In this document: in pieces, positions 42,654 through 52,800 of the stretch | How the letters are laid out: every line of letters begins with the position of its first letter | How positions within the stretch are numbered: position 1 is the first letter of the stretch | From: Campylobacterota bacterium | Lineage (GTDB): Bacteria; Campylobacterota; Campylobacteria; Campylobacterales; Sulfurimonadaceae | Length of the DNA: 64,000 nucleotides | Assembly: GCA_034661055.1 (NCBI GenBank) | Contig: JAYEKO010000061.1 | Coordinates: 17,502-81,501 of the forward strand | Direction of reading: 5' to 3' | Position numbers and translations under genes: made by a program | The notes under the pieces: model-generated | The model's input: the letters and a program-made list of their open reading frames with translations, nothing else | What the model was told of the DNA's origin: nothing | Database searches by the model: none

Positions 42654-42899
42654 ATGGCAAATGACCTTAAAACAAGGGGTGTCAAATTACTGGATGAAGC
42701 ACTTCAACAAGATGATGAAGCAATTATTAGCGTACGTGGAAAGCCTAAGTACGTTGTAATGAATTTTGAACATTATAATTATCTCAGAGAGTGTGAACTT
42801 GAAGCTGCACTAATAGAGGCACGCAAAGAGATCGAAGAGGGAAAAGCAAAAACATTGACAGCTGATGAGCATATCAAGGCGCTTCATAATGACTTATAA
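42654..42899 (+). CDS. Phd/YefM family antitoxin
   Basis: ANDLKTRGV...AIISVRGKPKYVVM..EHY..LRE. Confidence 0.85.
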   Translation: MANDLKTRGVKLLDEALQQDDEAIISVRGKPKYVVMNFEHYNYLRECELEAALIEARKEIEEGKAKTLTADEHIKALHNDL

Positions 42900-43002
42900 G
42901 TTAATCTTTACAGAACAGTATGAAAAGCGTTTACGTAAATTCATCAAGAAACATCTTTTAATACTCTATCCAATATCTTTTTCGCAGGGAGAAGCTTTTT
43001 AG
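42889..43002 (+). pseudogene. Truncated RelE/ParE-superfamily toxin partner of the Phd antitoxin
   Basis: ATG overlaps the antitoxin end; MTYKLIFTEQYEKRLRKFIKKH is a RelE-like N-terminus, followed by unrelated residues and a stop at 37 aa. Confidence 0.7.
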
Positions 43003-43066
43003 GAACTTAATAGACTTGTCAAAACCCATAAATAAGAATAAAATACGAATAGCATATAGGATACCA

Positions 43067-43990
43067 ATGAACTATCAAAAAATTTTGCAAGAGATACAGC
43101 AAGAAGTTTCACCACTATTTGGTCAAGGAAAAGTAGCAGACTATATTCCAGCATTAGCCGAAATCAATCCTAAACAGTTTGCAATGTCCATTACCTTACT
43201 TGATGGAACACAATACCACATAGGACCAGTTGATACAAAATTCTCCATACAGAGTATCTCTAAAGTGTTTGCATTGACATTGGCTTTAGAGTTTTTTGGA
43301 AAAGAGCTATATGCACGTGTTGGAGTAGAGCCTTCTGGTGACCCGTTTAACTCACTCATTCAACTTGAATATGAAAATGGAATTCCACGAAATCCTTTTA
43401 TTAATGCTGGAGCTATTGTTATAGTTGATGCACTACTAAATGGCCATGATAATGGGGAACTTACTTTTGAACATGTCCTAAGATTTGTACGAAATATTGC
43501 AGATGATAAAAATATTCAAATTGACTCTGAAATAGCAGACTCTGAGATGATGAGTGGATATCGTAATCTTGCACTAGCAAGTTTAATGAAAAGCTTCAAC
43601 AACCTCAGTAACTACCCAATTACGGTATTAGAAACCTATTTTAAGCAGTGTGCTATTGCTATGAACACCAAACAGCTATCTCGAGCAATGCTCTATCTTG
43701 CCAATGCAGGTACTGACCCTGTTACTGGTAGAAAAATTACAGCCACTCACAGAGCAAAACGTATTAATGCCATTATGTTAACCTGCGGACATTATGATGC
43801 TTCTGGTGAATTTGCTTTTAATGTGGGGCTTCCAGGTAAAAGTGGTGTTGGTGGAGGAATTGTTTCAGTTGTTCCGGGAGTTATGGGAATTTGTGTTTAT
43901 GCACCAGAGCTTAACAGTAGCGGAAATTCTCTTATTGGCACAAAAGCATTAGAGCTCTTTACTACTAAGACAGGTCTTTCAATTTTTTAA
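43067..43990 (+). CDS. glsA: Glutaminase (start MNYQKIL)
   Basis: GKVADYIPALA, FSIQSISK, GVEPSGDPFNS, PRNPFINAGAI, GLPGKSGVGGGI. Confidence 0.96.
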   Translation: MNYQKILQEIQQEVSPLFGQGKVADYIPALAEINPKQFAMSITLLDGTQYHIGPVDTKFSIQSISKVFALTLALEFFGKELYARVGVEPSGDPFNSLIQLEYENGIPRNPFINAGAIVIVDALLNGHDNGELTFEHVLRFVRNIADDKNIQIDSEIADSEMMSGYRNLALASLMKSFNNLSNYPITVLETYFKQCAIAMNTKQLSRAMLYLANAGTDPVTGRKITATHRAKRINAIMLTCGHYDASGEFAFNVGLPGKSGVGGGIVSVVPGVMGICVYAPELNSSGNSLIGTKALELFTTKTGLSIF

Positions 43991-44235
43991 TTGGCTCGGG
44001 TAAGCTTTACTTCACCTTTTAAGACTTTTAAGGTTTTTTTATTATCTAAATTATGTGTAATTATTACCAGCGTATCATTAGGATCAGGCGTGTTTGATAC
44101 GACACTGTCCCCCGAATAAACCTTGACCTCCTCACAACTTTTTACAATAACACCTCTGTCAACAAATGCACTACTGTCACTACCGCAAGCACTAAGCATA
44201 AAAATCAGTACTACTAATATGCTACTTTGTCTCAT
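43987..44235 (-). CDS. Small lipoprotein, last gene of the surface-protein operon
   Basis: Lipobox MLSA-C followed by GSDSS; 82 aa. Confidence 0.7.
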   Translation of the reverse strand: MRQSSILVVLIFMLSACGSDSSAFVDRGVIVKSCEEVKVYSGDSVVSNTPDPNDTLVIITHNLDNKKTLKVLKGEVKLTRAN

Positions 44236-44244
44236 TTTAAGCCC

Positions 44245-47200
44245 CTATTTAAATTTTATCTCTGTAGTTAATGGTGTCAATATTTTAATAACTCTATCGC
44301 ACCGACCTACTTTCTCCATTGAAACAGTACTTCCTGCTTCAAAACTGCTGCTTTGATTTAGAGTCAAATTTTCTGAAACGACATTGGATGCACTAGGGTT
44401 AATAAATTCAAACTTTGTTCTGATTTTACCATCTGTATCAGTTGCAGCAACAACATTAAAACTAACACCACATCCATTTTCATAAGATTTAGTTACAATC
44501 CCGCTATTATCTATGGTTGTTGTAGAGTTATCTAGAGATGAGCCCACTATAGTATATTTTCTTCTATTTAGGAGTGCTTCAGTAGAGGAGACGAGGTGTA
44601 ATTGACGGGCATATAGATCTGTTTGTGCCACCATTTGAGTATTATCACTATGAGATACTAGCTGTATTTCACTATTTTCTGTCACAAAAACTTCTGAGTT
44701 CTTAATGTTGGTACTTGCTGTAGAGACACCACCTATTTTACTAACCGTTGATTCTAAAACACCATCTTGCCTCATCACTGCACTAAGTGTTGCAGATGGA
44801 TTTACATGTAAAAAGCTTATTGATGTTTGGGAGTCTTGTTTTACTGCAATGTCTAGGCCCGCTTTATATGACAACAGTTTTGATTTATTCTCATTCATAC
44901 TGTTGTGTAAAACAATATAAGAGAGTCCATTATGATACAAGCTTGTTGTTGCTTTAAAACTTTCACTATTGTCTAAAACTAGTTGTGAACTCACTTCAAT
45001 ACTATCATCACCTATTGCATCTGTAGTCTCTATATTTTCAATTTGATAACTACTTTGCTCACTGTTTCCATCTATTAATAGAGAGTAGTTTGCAACTTCA
45101 ATATCTGATGTAACTCTATTAAATCCTCCAAAGTTAATAAAATCAATATCTGTATATACATTTTTTGGGGCTAAACTTGGAACTTGTATGTGTTGCAATG
45201 TAGCAAAAGCATCTAAAGTACACACACCTGGTACTGGCGTATAACTATTAACACCATCCAAATCACTACCTGAGCAGTCTTCATCTATACCATTGTCTGG
45301 TACCTCTACGGCATTAGGATAAACAGCACTATTATAATCATTACAATCACCAGTCTCTGGAGTGTAACCATCACCATCGGTATCCAAAGTTGATGGATCA
45401 CTCTTGTCTTGACCTGAGCAGTCCTCATCAATACCATTATTTGCTACTTCTATTGCTGCTGGATTAATACTGCTGTCATAATCATTACAATCCCCGCCAG
45501 ATGGTCTATAGCCATCCCCGTCTTCATCATTTTGAGTAGTATCATCACTAGCCTCATTGTCACCGGAACAGTCTTCATCAATACCGTTATTAGCTATCTC
45601 AGTTGCATTAGGAAATATAGCACTATTGTTATCATTACAATCCCCACCAGATGGAGTGTAGCCATCGCCATCACCATCTAGAACAGATGGATTAATAAGA
45701 TCCTCTCCTGAACAGTCCTCATCTATACCATTATTGGCTATTTCTATTACCGTTGGGTAGATAAGACTATTATTATCGTTGCAATCACCATGTGCTGGAG
45801 TATAACCATCTCCATCACTATCAATTGCAGAAGGGTCAATTAAATCTTTGCCTGAACAGTCTTCATCAATACCATTATTTGCTATCTCAGTCGCAGTAGG
45901 ATATTTTACTGCATTAAAATCATCACAGTCGCCATCTGCTACCGAGTAACCATCTCCATCCATATCAATTAAAGTACCATCACCTGAGCTACCATCTCCA
46001 TCGGTGCCACTTCCTGTTCCGCCACCTGAGCTACCATCTCCATCGGTGCCAGTATCTATAAAGTCGCCTCCGGAACAGTCTTCATCAATTCCATTATTTG
46101 GTATCTCTGTTGCTCCTGGATATACTAAAGGGTCAGTGTCATCACAATCTCCACCTACAACTGTAAAACCATCATAATCATTATCATTATCTGTAATAGA
46201 GTCATCTATAACATCTCCACCATAACAGTCTTCATCAATACCGTTATTTGGTATATCTGTTACTCCTGGATTAATAGCACTATTATTATCATTACAGTCA
46301 CCATCTGCTACACTGTAACCATCCCCATCTGCATCTATAGAAGATTCATCAACTTCATCACCATTAAGACAATCCTCATCAATACCATTATTTGGTATCT
46401 CTATTGCACCTGGATGAATATTTACATTAAAGTCATTACAGTCTCCACTTGCAGGAGTGAAAGTATCTCCGTCATGGTCTAAAAGAGAATCATCAATTAA
46501 GTCTTCATTAGAACAGTCTTCATCAATACCGTTATTTGGTATATCTGTTGCTCCTGGATTAATAGCACTATTATTATCATTACAATCACCCTCTACTGGT
46601 GTATAGCCATCCCCATCTTCATCTGAATCTAAATCACTCCCCGAACAGTCTTCATCAATGCCATTATTTGGTATCTCAACTCCATTAGGATTTATATCTG
46701 CTTTAGAATCATCACAATCACCCTCTAGAGCCGTAAAGCCATCTGCATCTTCATCTGTATGACAATCATCAAACAGACCAATATTTGGAATCAATCCATC
46801 TGCATTACACTCATTTATGCTTGGTGTATCACTTCTATCATTAACAGTAATTGTAAAATCTTTATCAAAGGTATAGTTTGTACTGTCCGTCGTCCTTATA
46901 CAGATATTATACGCTGACTTTGTCTCATAATCAGCCTGTTCATCTATTTTCAATGTAGCATCTGAAATACTAAAAGTACTATCATCAGTACCTGCACGGC
47001 TACATGTAAATGAGAACGTATGATGATCATTTAAATCCAAATCAATAGCAGTTAAATCACCTATTTTTGTGTTAGGAGCCAAATTTTCATCAACTGAGCT
47101 GTTACTCAGTACTATACCTGATGGTACTATTTCACTAATATCATGCACCATAATGACAAAGTTTTTATCAAATGTCTTATCACTACTGTCTATAGCTCGT

Positions 47201-48969
47201 ATACAGATGTCGTAAGAACCCTTTAGTTCTGCATCAGGAGATTCATTTACTGTTAATGTTGCAACAGAAATAGTAAAATCACTATCATCAGAACCAGGAC
47301 TGTTACATGTAAAAGAGAATGTATGATTATCATTTAAATCAAGATCTAAAGCCGTTAATGAGCCAATTACTGTATCGGGACTTACATTTTCAGTTACTTG
47401 AGTATTGGTCAATAATATATCTGTTGGAAACTGCTCACTAGTATCATTAACACTGATAACAAAATTTTTATCAAAAGTATTATTAACACTATCTGTAGTT
47501 CTAACACAAATATTATAAAGCTCTTTGGTCTCATAATCAACTACAGAATTTATTTTTAATGTTGTGTCTTCAATAGTAAAATCACTATCATCAGCACCAG
47601 CGCTATTACATGTAAATGAGAAAGTGTGATTATCATTAACATCTAAGTCAACTACACTAAACTGACCTACTGTTGCTCCCAGACTTATATTCTCGTTAAT
47701 TATATTATTACTCAACTGTATGTCTGTTGGTGGTAATTCATTTAAGTCATTAACTCTAATGAGAAAGTTTTTCTCAAATGTTTTGTCATCAGTGTCGGTA
47801 GTTTTTATGCAGATGTTATAGGAATTTTTCGTCTCAAAATCTGCTGATTCATCAATTTTCAATAATGAGCCTGCAATGCTAAAAGTATCATCATCGGCAC
47901 CTACAGTATTACATGTAAAAGAATACGTATGTATGTCATCAAGATTTAAATCGACACTACTTAACTCGCCAACCGTTGCGCCGATAGCTAAATTTTCATC
48001 GACTCTCTCACTGCTTAAATTAATGTCTGTTGCTGCAACACCAGCATCTATAACCGTCTCCTCAATGATCTCTTCAATTGCGCTGGCACTTCCTGCAATA
48101 TAGTACCACGAAAATGTTTCTGATTCACCATCTGCCACATCCCCTAAAACTACTTTCATACCATAGGAGCCATCAACTGTACTGTTAATAGCAGCAGCTT
48201 GAGGTGATTGATTCATTAGAGGAATAAAAGTAGTTAGACTATAAGCGGCCAATGTCATGTAGGCCCTATTGTCTGCCGTATAAAAAAGAACTGTTGAACC
48301 TATACTACTTCCATCACCGCTTGGATACTCACTGTTACTCGTAATCTTTAAAGCCTTAGACTGCTCAGTTGTATCATTAATCTCAATAAAAGAGTTATTT
48401 AAGTCTAAATTTCCCCTTTCCTTTATTGGGCGATCATCTTTACCCACATAATCATCTTGAGCACCAACCCATACATTTAAATCTGAAATAGAACGACCTG
48501 ATTTATTGGTCACTGTTGTTGTAATCTTCATAAATGACCGATTTTCTTTTAGCTCATAATTATTTACAACCTCCAGTGTATATCCAGGAGTATCAAAATC
48601 TGTAAAAACAGCTTTTGATTTCAATATACCAAACCCAGAAGCTAGTGATGCATTGGACTCAACAGATGATGGAATGATATATTCTGCTTCTTGGGTACTT
48701 TTACTTCCCCCTGTAAATACTTTTTCACCATCAAAAGTCATACCAAGGCTAAGTCCAAATGAAGAAAATGTAAGTTTATACCACGTCCCGTTATCATCAT
48801 ACCAGGGTTGTTGTAATAGTCCTGTATCTATATCTACAGAGTCTGCATCAATCATGCTCTTACTTGAGTTATTATCAACAAAATTACCAATAAATATACG
48901 TCCATTGTTAAAAATATCAGAGGCGTAGATATTGATTGCTATAAAGAGTAAAAAGAGTAGTTTTATCAA
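44245..48969 (-). CDS. Giant secreted protein: N-terminal beta-rich domain, 4 cadherin-like domains, 10 acidic DC...NGIDEDC repeats (PF11617-like), unassigned C-terminal domain
   Basis: Signal peptide; ~101-aa repeats with DYETK/DFETK; 10 x DxDGDG...GDCND...P...E...NGIDEDC; TTG start overlapping the upstream TGA. Confidence 0.85.
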   Translation of the reverse strand: MIKLLFLLFIAINIYASDIFNNGRIFIGNFVDNNSSKSMIDADSVDIDTGLLQQPWYDDNGTWYKLTFSSFGLSLGMTFDGEKVFTGGSKSTQEAEYIIPSSVESNASLASGFGILKSKAVFTDFDTPGYTLEVVNNYELKENRSFMKITTTVTNKSGRSISDLNVWVGAQDDYVGKDDRPIKERGNLDLNNSFIEINDTTEQSKALKITSNSEYPSGDGSSIGSTVLFYTADNRAYMTLAAYSLTTFIPLMNQSPQAAAINSTVDGSYGMKVVLGDVADGESETFSWYYIAGSASAIEEIIEETVIDAGVAATDINLSSERVDENLAIGATVGELSSVDLNLDDIHTYSFTCNTVGADDDTFSIAGSLLKIDESADFETKNSYNICIKTTDTDDKTFEKNFLIRVNDLNELPPTDIQLSNNIINENISLGATVGQFSVVDLDVNDNHTFSFTCNSAGADDSDFTIEDTTLKINSVVDYETKELYNICVRTTDSVNNTFDKNFVISVNDTSEQFPTDILLTNTQVTENVSPDTVIGSLTALDLDLNDNHTFSFTCNSPGSDDSDFTISVATLTVNESPDAELKGSYDICIRAIDSSDKTFDKNFVIMVHDISEIVPSGIVLSNSSVDENLAPNTKIGDLTAIDLDLNDHHTFSFTCSRAGTDDSTFSISDATLKIDEQADYETKSAYNICIRTTDSTNYTFDKDFTITVNDRSDTPSINECNADGLIPNIGLFDDCHTDEDADGFTALEGDCDDSKADINPNGVEIPNNGIDEDCSGSDLDSDEDGDGYTPVEGDCNDNNSAINPGATDIPNNGIDEDCSNEDLIDDSLLDHDGDTFTPASGDCNDFNVNIHPGAIEIPNNGIDEDCLNGDEVDESSIDADGDGYSVADGDCNDNNSAINPGVTDIPNNGIDEDCYGGDVIDDSITDNDNDYDGFTVVGGDCDDTDPLVYPGATEIPNNGIDEDCSGGDFIDTGTDGDGSSGGGTGSGTDGDGSSGDGTLIDMDGDGYSVADGDCDDFNAVKYPTATEIANNGIDEDCSGKDLIDPSAIDSDGDGYTPAHGDCNDNNSLIYPTVIEIANNGIDEDCSGEDLINPSVLDGDGDGYTPSGGDCNDNNSAIFPNATEIANNGIDEDCSGDNEASDDTTQNDEDGDGYRPSGGDCNDYDSSINPAAIEVANNGIDEDCSGQDKSDPSTLDTDGDGYTPETGDCNDYNSAVYPNAVEVPDNGIDEDCSGSDLDGVNSYTPVPGVCTLDAFATLQHIQVPSLAPKNVYTDIDFINFGGFNRVTSDIEVANYSLLIDGNSEQSSYQIENIETTDAIGDDSIEVSSQLVLDNSESFKATTSLYHNGLSYIVLHNSMNENKSKLLSYKAGLDIAVKQDSQTSISFLHVNPSATLSAVMRQDGVLESTVSKIGGVSTASTNIKNSEVFVTENSEIQLVSHSDNTQMVAQTDLYARQLHLVSSTEALLNRRKYTIVGSSLDNSTTTIDNSGIVTKSYENGCGVSFNVVAATDTDGKIRTKFEFINPSASNVVSENLTLNQSSSFEAGSTVSMEKVGRCDRVIKILTPLTTEIKFK
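45259..46755 (-). repeat. Intragenic array of 10 acidic Cys-pair repeats (5+5) split by a Gly/Ser linker
   Basis: Counted in the translation; the linker contains a perfect 29-bp direct repeat at 45981-46009 and 46023-46051. Confidence 0.9.
46835..48040 (-). repeat. Four tandem cadherin-like domain repeats, 303-bp period
   Basis: TACATGTAAA (SFTC) recurs at 47001, 47304, 47607, 47910; each unit has FTC...NIC/DIC. Confidence 0.9.
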
Positions 48970-49829
48970 AATCTGTATCTCACCCCAACAGCAATATTGT
49001 TAACAAAATTATGGCTAATCTGCATATGCCCTTGAGAGTTCTCTAGCTTAGTTTTATGATCCATTATCCAAAATTGATAGCTTGCAAACAGATTAACATT
49101 CTTAGCTAACATCACAGTTGTCCCCACCTGCACCCCAGTCATTAACGATGAACTTGTCTCATCATTTTCAATCGATTCAATAGGATGGGTATTCCAATCT
49201 AAGAGACTATACCCACCAATAATACCAAGATATGGAGAGAAAACCTCATCTCTTAAGAACTCATAATTAAGTGTTACATAAGCATTATTAAGGTCTATGT
49301 CATCCAAAGAAACCAACTGATAGTTTAATGTCATAAAGATGTTTTTATTTATATAATACCCAAACTCAGCTCCAAAGTTCATTCCACTATCGGCAAGCGC
49401 ATCATCTAAATCAATAGACCCTGCTATAATATCTTGTTCATTATTGACACTGCTAGCACCTATATTGACACCTATAAAATAACTGCTGTATTTTAATGGC
49501 TGTGTCTGAACTACTCTGTTTTTTGCACTGATTTTATGAGTAGTTTTTCTTTGAACAGAATTCTTTTTTATAATACTCATGCTAGTTATACCTATCTTTC
49601 TTTGAATATCTAGCAGAGCACTATTTGCCTGTGCTGTACTCTTAAATGGGCCAACAGAGAGTTCATAACCATTACTCTTTTTTCTAAGGTATTTCTTATA
49701 TCCTAACCTATCTAATTGATAAGAGACCGAATGCAACTGCTTTTGAACCGCTGATGTCATCACTTTTACATAATATGGATCTGCATTTAAAACGCTGACT
49801 AACAGTAAAAATAGTACTACTTTTTTCAT
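48966..49829 (-). CDS. SPOR domain + outer-membrane beta-barrel protein (start probably MKKVV)
   Basis: Signal peptide; YYVKV...YELSVGPFKSTAQA (SPOR-like); C-terminal amphipathic strands (FGAEFGYY, PYLGIIGGY) ending GVRYRF; AGAGGA RBS. Confidence 0.8.
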   Translation of the reverse strand: MKKVVLFLLLVSVLNADPYYVKVMTSAVQKQLHSVSYQLDRLGYKKYLRKKSNGYELSVGPFKSTAQANSALLDIQRKIGITSMSIIKKNSVQRKTTHKISAKNRVVQTQPLKYSSYFIGVNIGASSVNNEQDIIAGSIDLDDALADSGMNFGAEFGYYINKNIFMTLNYQLVSLDDIDLNNAYVTLNYEFLRDEVFSPYLGIIGGYSLLDWNTHPIESIENDETSSSLMTGVQVGTTVMLAKNVNLFASYQFWIMDHKTKLENSQGHMQISHNFVNNIAVGVRYRF

Positions 49830-49856
49830 ATTCATATATCCTCTATGTGATTTCAA

Positions 49857-52800
49857 TTAATCGCTAATATTTAGCACTTCAATCTCCATTGGATAAGCAA
49901 AACTTATTCCAGCAGAATCTGTCAGTATTATAGAAATTGAGTAGATATTATTTGAACCTATATCTGTAGGGTTTTCATAATCTAAAGACTGAGCACTTAA
50001 AACTCCAGATGAATCTATGCTAAAAATATCTTTATCAACTCCATCAACACTAAAGTTCATAGAAACTCCATTTACACTGCCATAAAGAGATGTAAAAACC
50101 GTCTGGGAGTTTTCATTAACTTGAATTTCTGGTTCATAATTTATTAAGAACGGTCTATTCTCAACATCTAAATTTGCTACAAATAATGCCCCAGAATTAT
50201 CTGACTCTAAACTTTCTTTAGAAGCTCCAATGGCTAAATATTCGCCTTTAATCTCCAGCTCACTACCAACTTCAGAACCAACACCAGCAGGATTTACAAC
50301 AAAATGTGTAGCGGGTTCATTGATGTTAAATGTTACTACATTATAGTCATAAATATAGATACTGTCTGTATTTTTAGCGCCAATGACAATAGCCTCATTA
50401 CCAATAGCCACATCACTACCAAACTGTATGCCTGTTCCTGATGCAGCAACCATAATCTTTTTACTCAAAACACTTCCTGCACTGTATTTAAACAGATAAG
50501 CACTGTCATTTCCAGGAGAACCACACAGTATGGAACTACCATCTGCTGAAACACGGGAACCAAAAAAGTCTCCGTTAGTAATGCCATCACTACTGTTAAA
50601 AGTATGGGCTTCAACAACACTGTCGTTTGATTGATACTCATACAGATAAGCAGCCTCACCATATTTTGTACCTACAACAATGTTGCTACCATCCATGATA
50701 ATATCACTTCCAAAACCATCACCATCACTAGCAAGCGCAGGGGTAAATTTTTCTTTTTGTACAACAGTATTATTGTTATCATAATATCTAAAAAGATAAG
50801 TTGCACCGCTCAGGTTATGTTCTGGTGCTCCAACAAAAATAAGATTTCCATTAATATGAACACTAAATCCAAAACCATCGCCATCAGTAGTATCATTGGC
50901 TATTATTTTAGATATCTGCAAGGCACTATTATCACTACTGAAATATTGATAGAGATAGACAGCTCCAGCATCAGTGCCGTTGGTGTCATCTTTTGGAGCT
51001 CCAAGTACCATCAAAGATCCATCTATACTAACACTTGTTCCAAATGCATCACCTGCTAAAATGTCATTTGAAGTTAATTTAAGCAGTTGTCTATAATTTT
51101 GTCTAGACTCTTGCTTAAATAGATAACCTGCGCCTCCATTCTGTGCACCTTTAGCTCCTACTAAAATCATATCATTAGAGAGAGACAGTGCATTTGAAAA
51201 GAGTGCATCTTGTGATGCATCATCAGCTTTAAATTTTGAAGTTACTTGTGGTGGTACATCTTTTACAATGATATTGACATCAGCACTACTCGTACCTGCT
51301 CCATTAGTAGCAACTGCCGTTAATTCGTAGTGACTTTGTCTATCAAAACTAAGCGAGTTCATCACCGTAATATTTCCATCACTACTAATACTAAAATCAG
51401 ATGAACCGGTTCCACTAAGGCTAAAACTTAGGTCCGTGTCTCCAGAAGTAACAATAGGAACCTCTCCTAAAAATAGGTTCTCAACTGTATTTTCAAAAAT
51501 AGTGATTTCAAAATCATCAATCTCTGGTAGCACTTCTGCAGCATTGCTCACATTGATGATTACCTCAACACTTTGCGAAGGTCCCATTAAATTTGTTGCT
51601 ACAGCACTTAAATTGTATTCATTCTGATTTTCAAAATCTATTGTTGCACCACTGGCTATTTTTATAATTCCACTTGCACTTACCGTAAAGTCACTCTGAC
51701 CGATACCTTCTATGGTAATTGAGCTTATTGGAGTATCTCCTGTTGAGATAATACCCAATGAAGCAATAGTTGTTAACGGTGCTGTATTTTCTACTATAGT
51801 TATTGTTAAAGCTCTTAACTCAGGTACTGTTTCAGCTACATTACCTAAGTTAACAACAACTTGTGCATCTTCACTTGAACCAGAGGCGTTGGTTGCATTA
51901 ACATTAAATTCATAGATGGCTTTGCTCTCAAAGTCTAATGTGGCGGTTGAAGATACTGTAATAAGCCCATTAACAGTAATATCAAAACTAGTTGCATCTG
52001 CTCCACTTAACTCCATCATAGTAATCTCTGAATCACCAGAGCTAATAATTTGAACCGAACCGACGGTAGTACCTGTAGGAGAGTTTTCATTGATTGTGGC
52101 ACTAAAATCTGCTAAACTAACTTCATGTTCATTGACATTTAAAATAGTGATGTTTAAATCTTTAGCACTATCTACCCCACCACCATCAATAGGAGTTGCT
52201 TCTAAATTGTAAAATGATTTTGTCTCAAAGTCAAACTCTGCATTTTGTGCTACAACAACCTCTGCATTGCTGTTAACAAAGAAGTTTTCATGCCCTATTC
52301 CACTGAGATCAATATTAACTGTTCCAGCAAAATTCGTTGTTATATCGCCAATAATATCTCCTGCTTGAGCATTTTCATAGAGACTCAAATTTGAATCAGA
52401 AATAGTAGAGATATCTTTCTCAACCACTCTAACTCTCACTCTTTTTGTGTACTGATGTCCATCTTTATCAAAAACAGTAACATCAACATTATAATTTCCT
52501 GCTGATGCATAGCTATGATTAGGACTAATTAAAGTTGAACTTGTGTTATCACCAAAATCCCATCTAATACTTGAAGCTTCAACACCCTCTTGATTAAATG
52601 ATATGCTAAAGCTAATAAATTCATCAACCTCTACTTTATTTTTATCTGTCTGCACTTCTAAAGTTGCCCTATTGACTTCATCTACACTCTCTATGCTCAT
52701 AACCTTAATAGGATAGTTAAGATCCGAGCGAATAGAAGTTATATCAGTCCATTCACCATTTACAGATCTATGAAAACTTTCTGCTGGACTTGCTTCAGCA

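Noticed and set aside
47001..47919. Four TACATGTAAA copies at a 303-bp period as independent evidence for the palindrome
   Set aside because: They were multiplied by cadherin-domain duplication (SFTC) and count as one event; the enrichment holds without them.
45259..48040. Periodic DNA repeats as CRISPR or non-coding tandem repeats
   Set aside because: They are in-frame protein domain repeats of the 1574-aa ORF.
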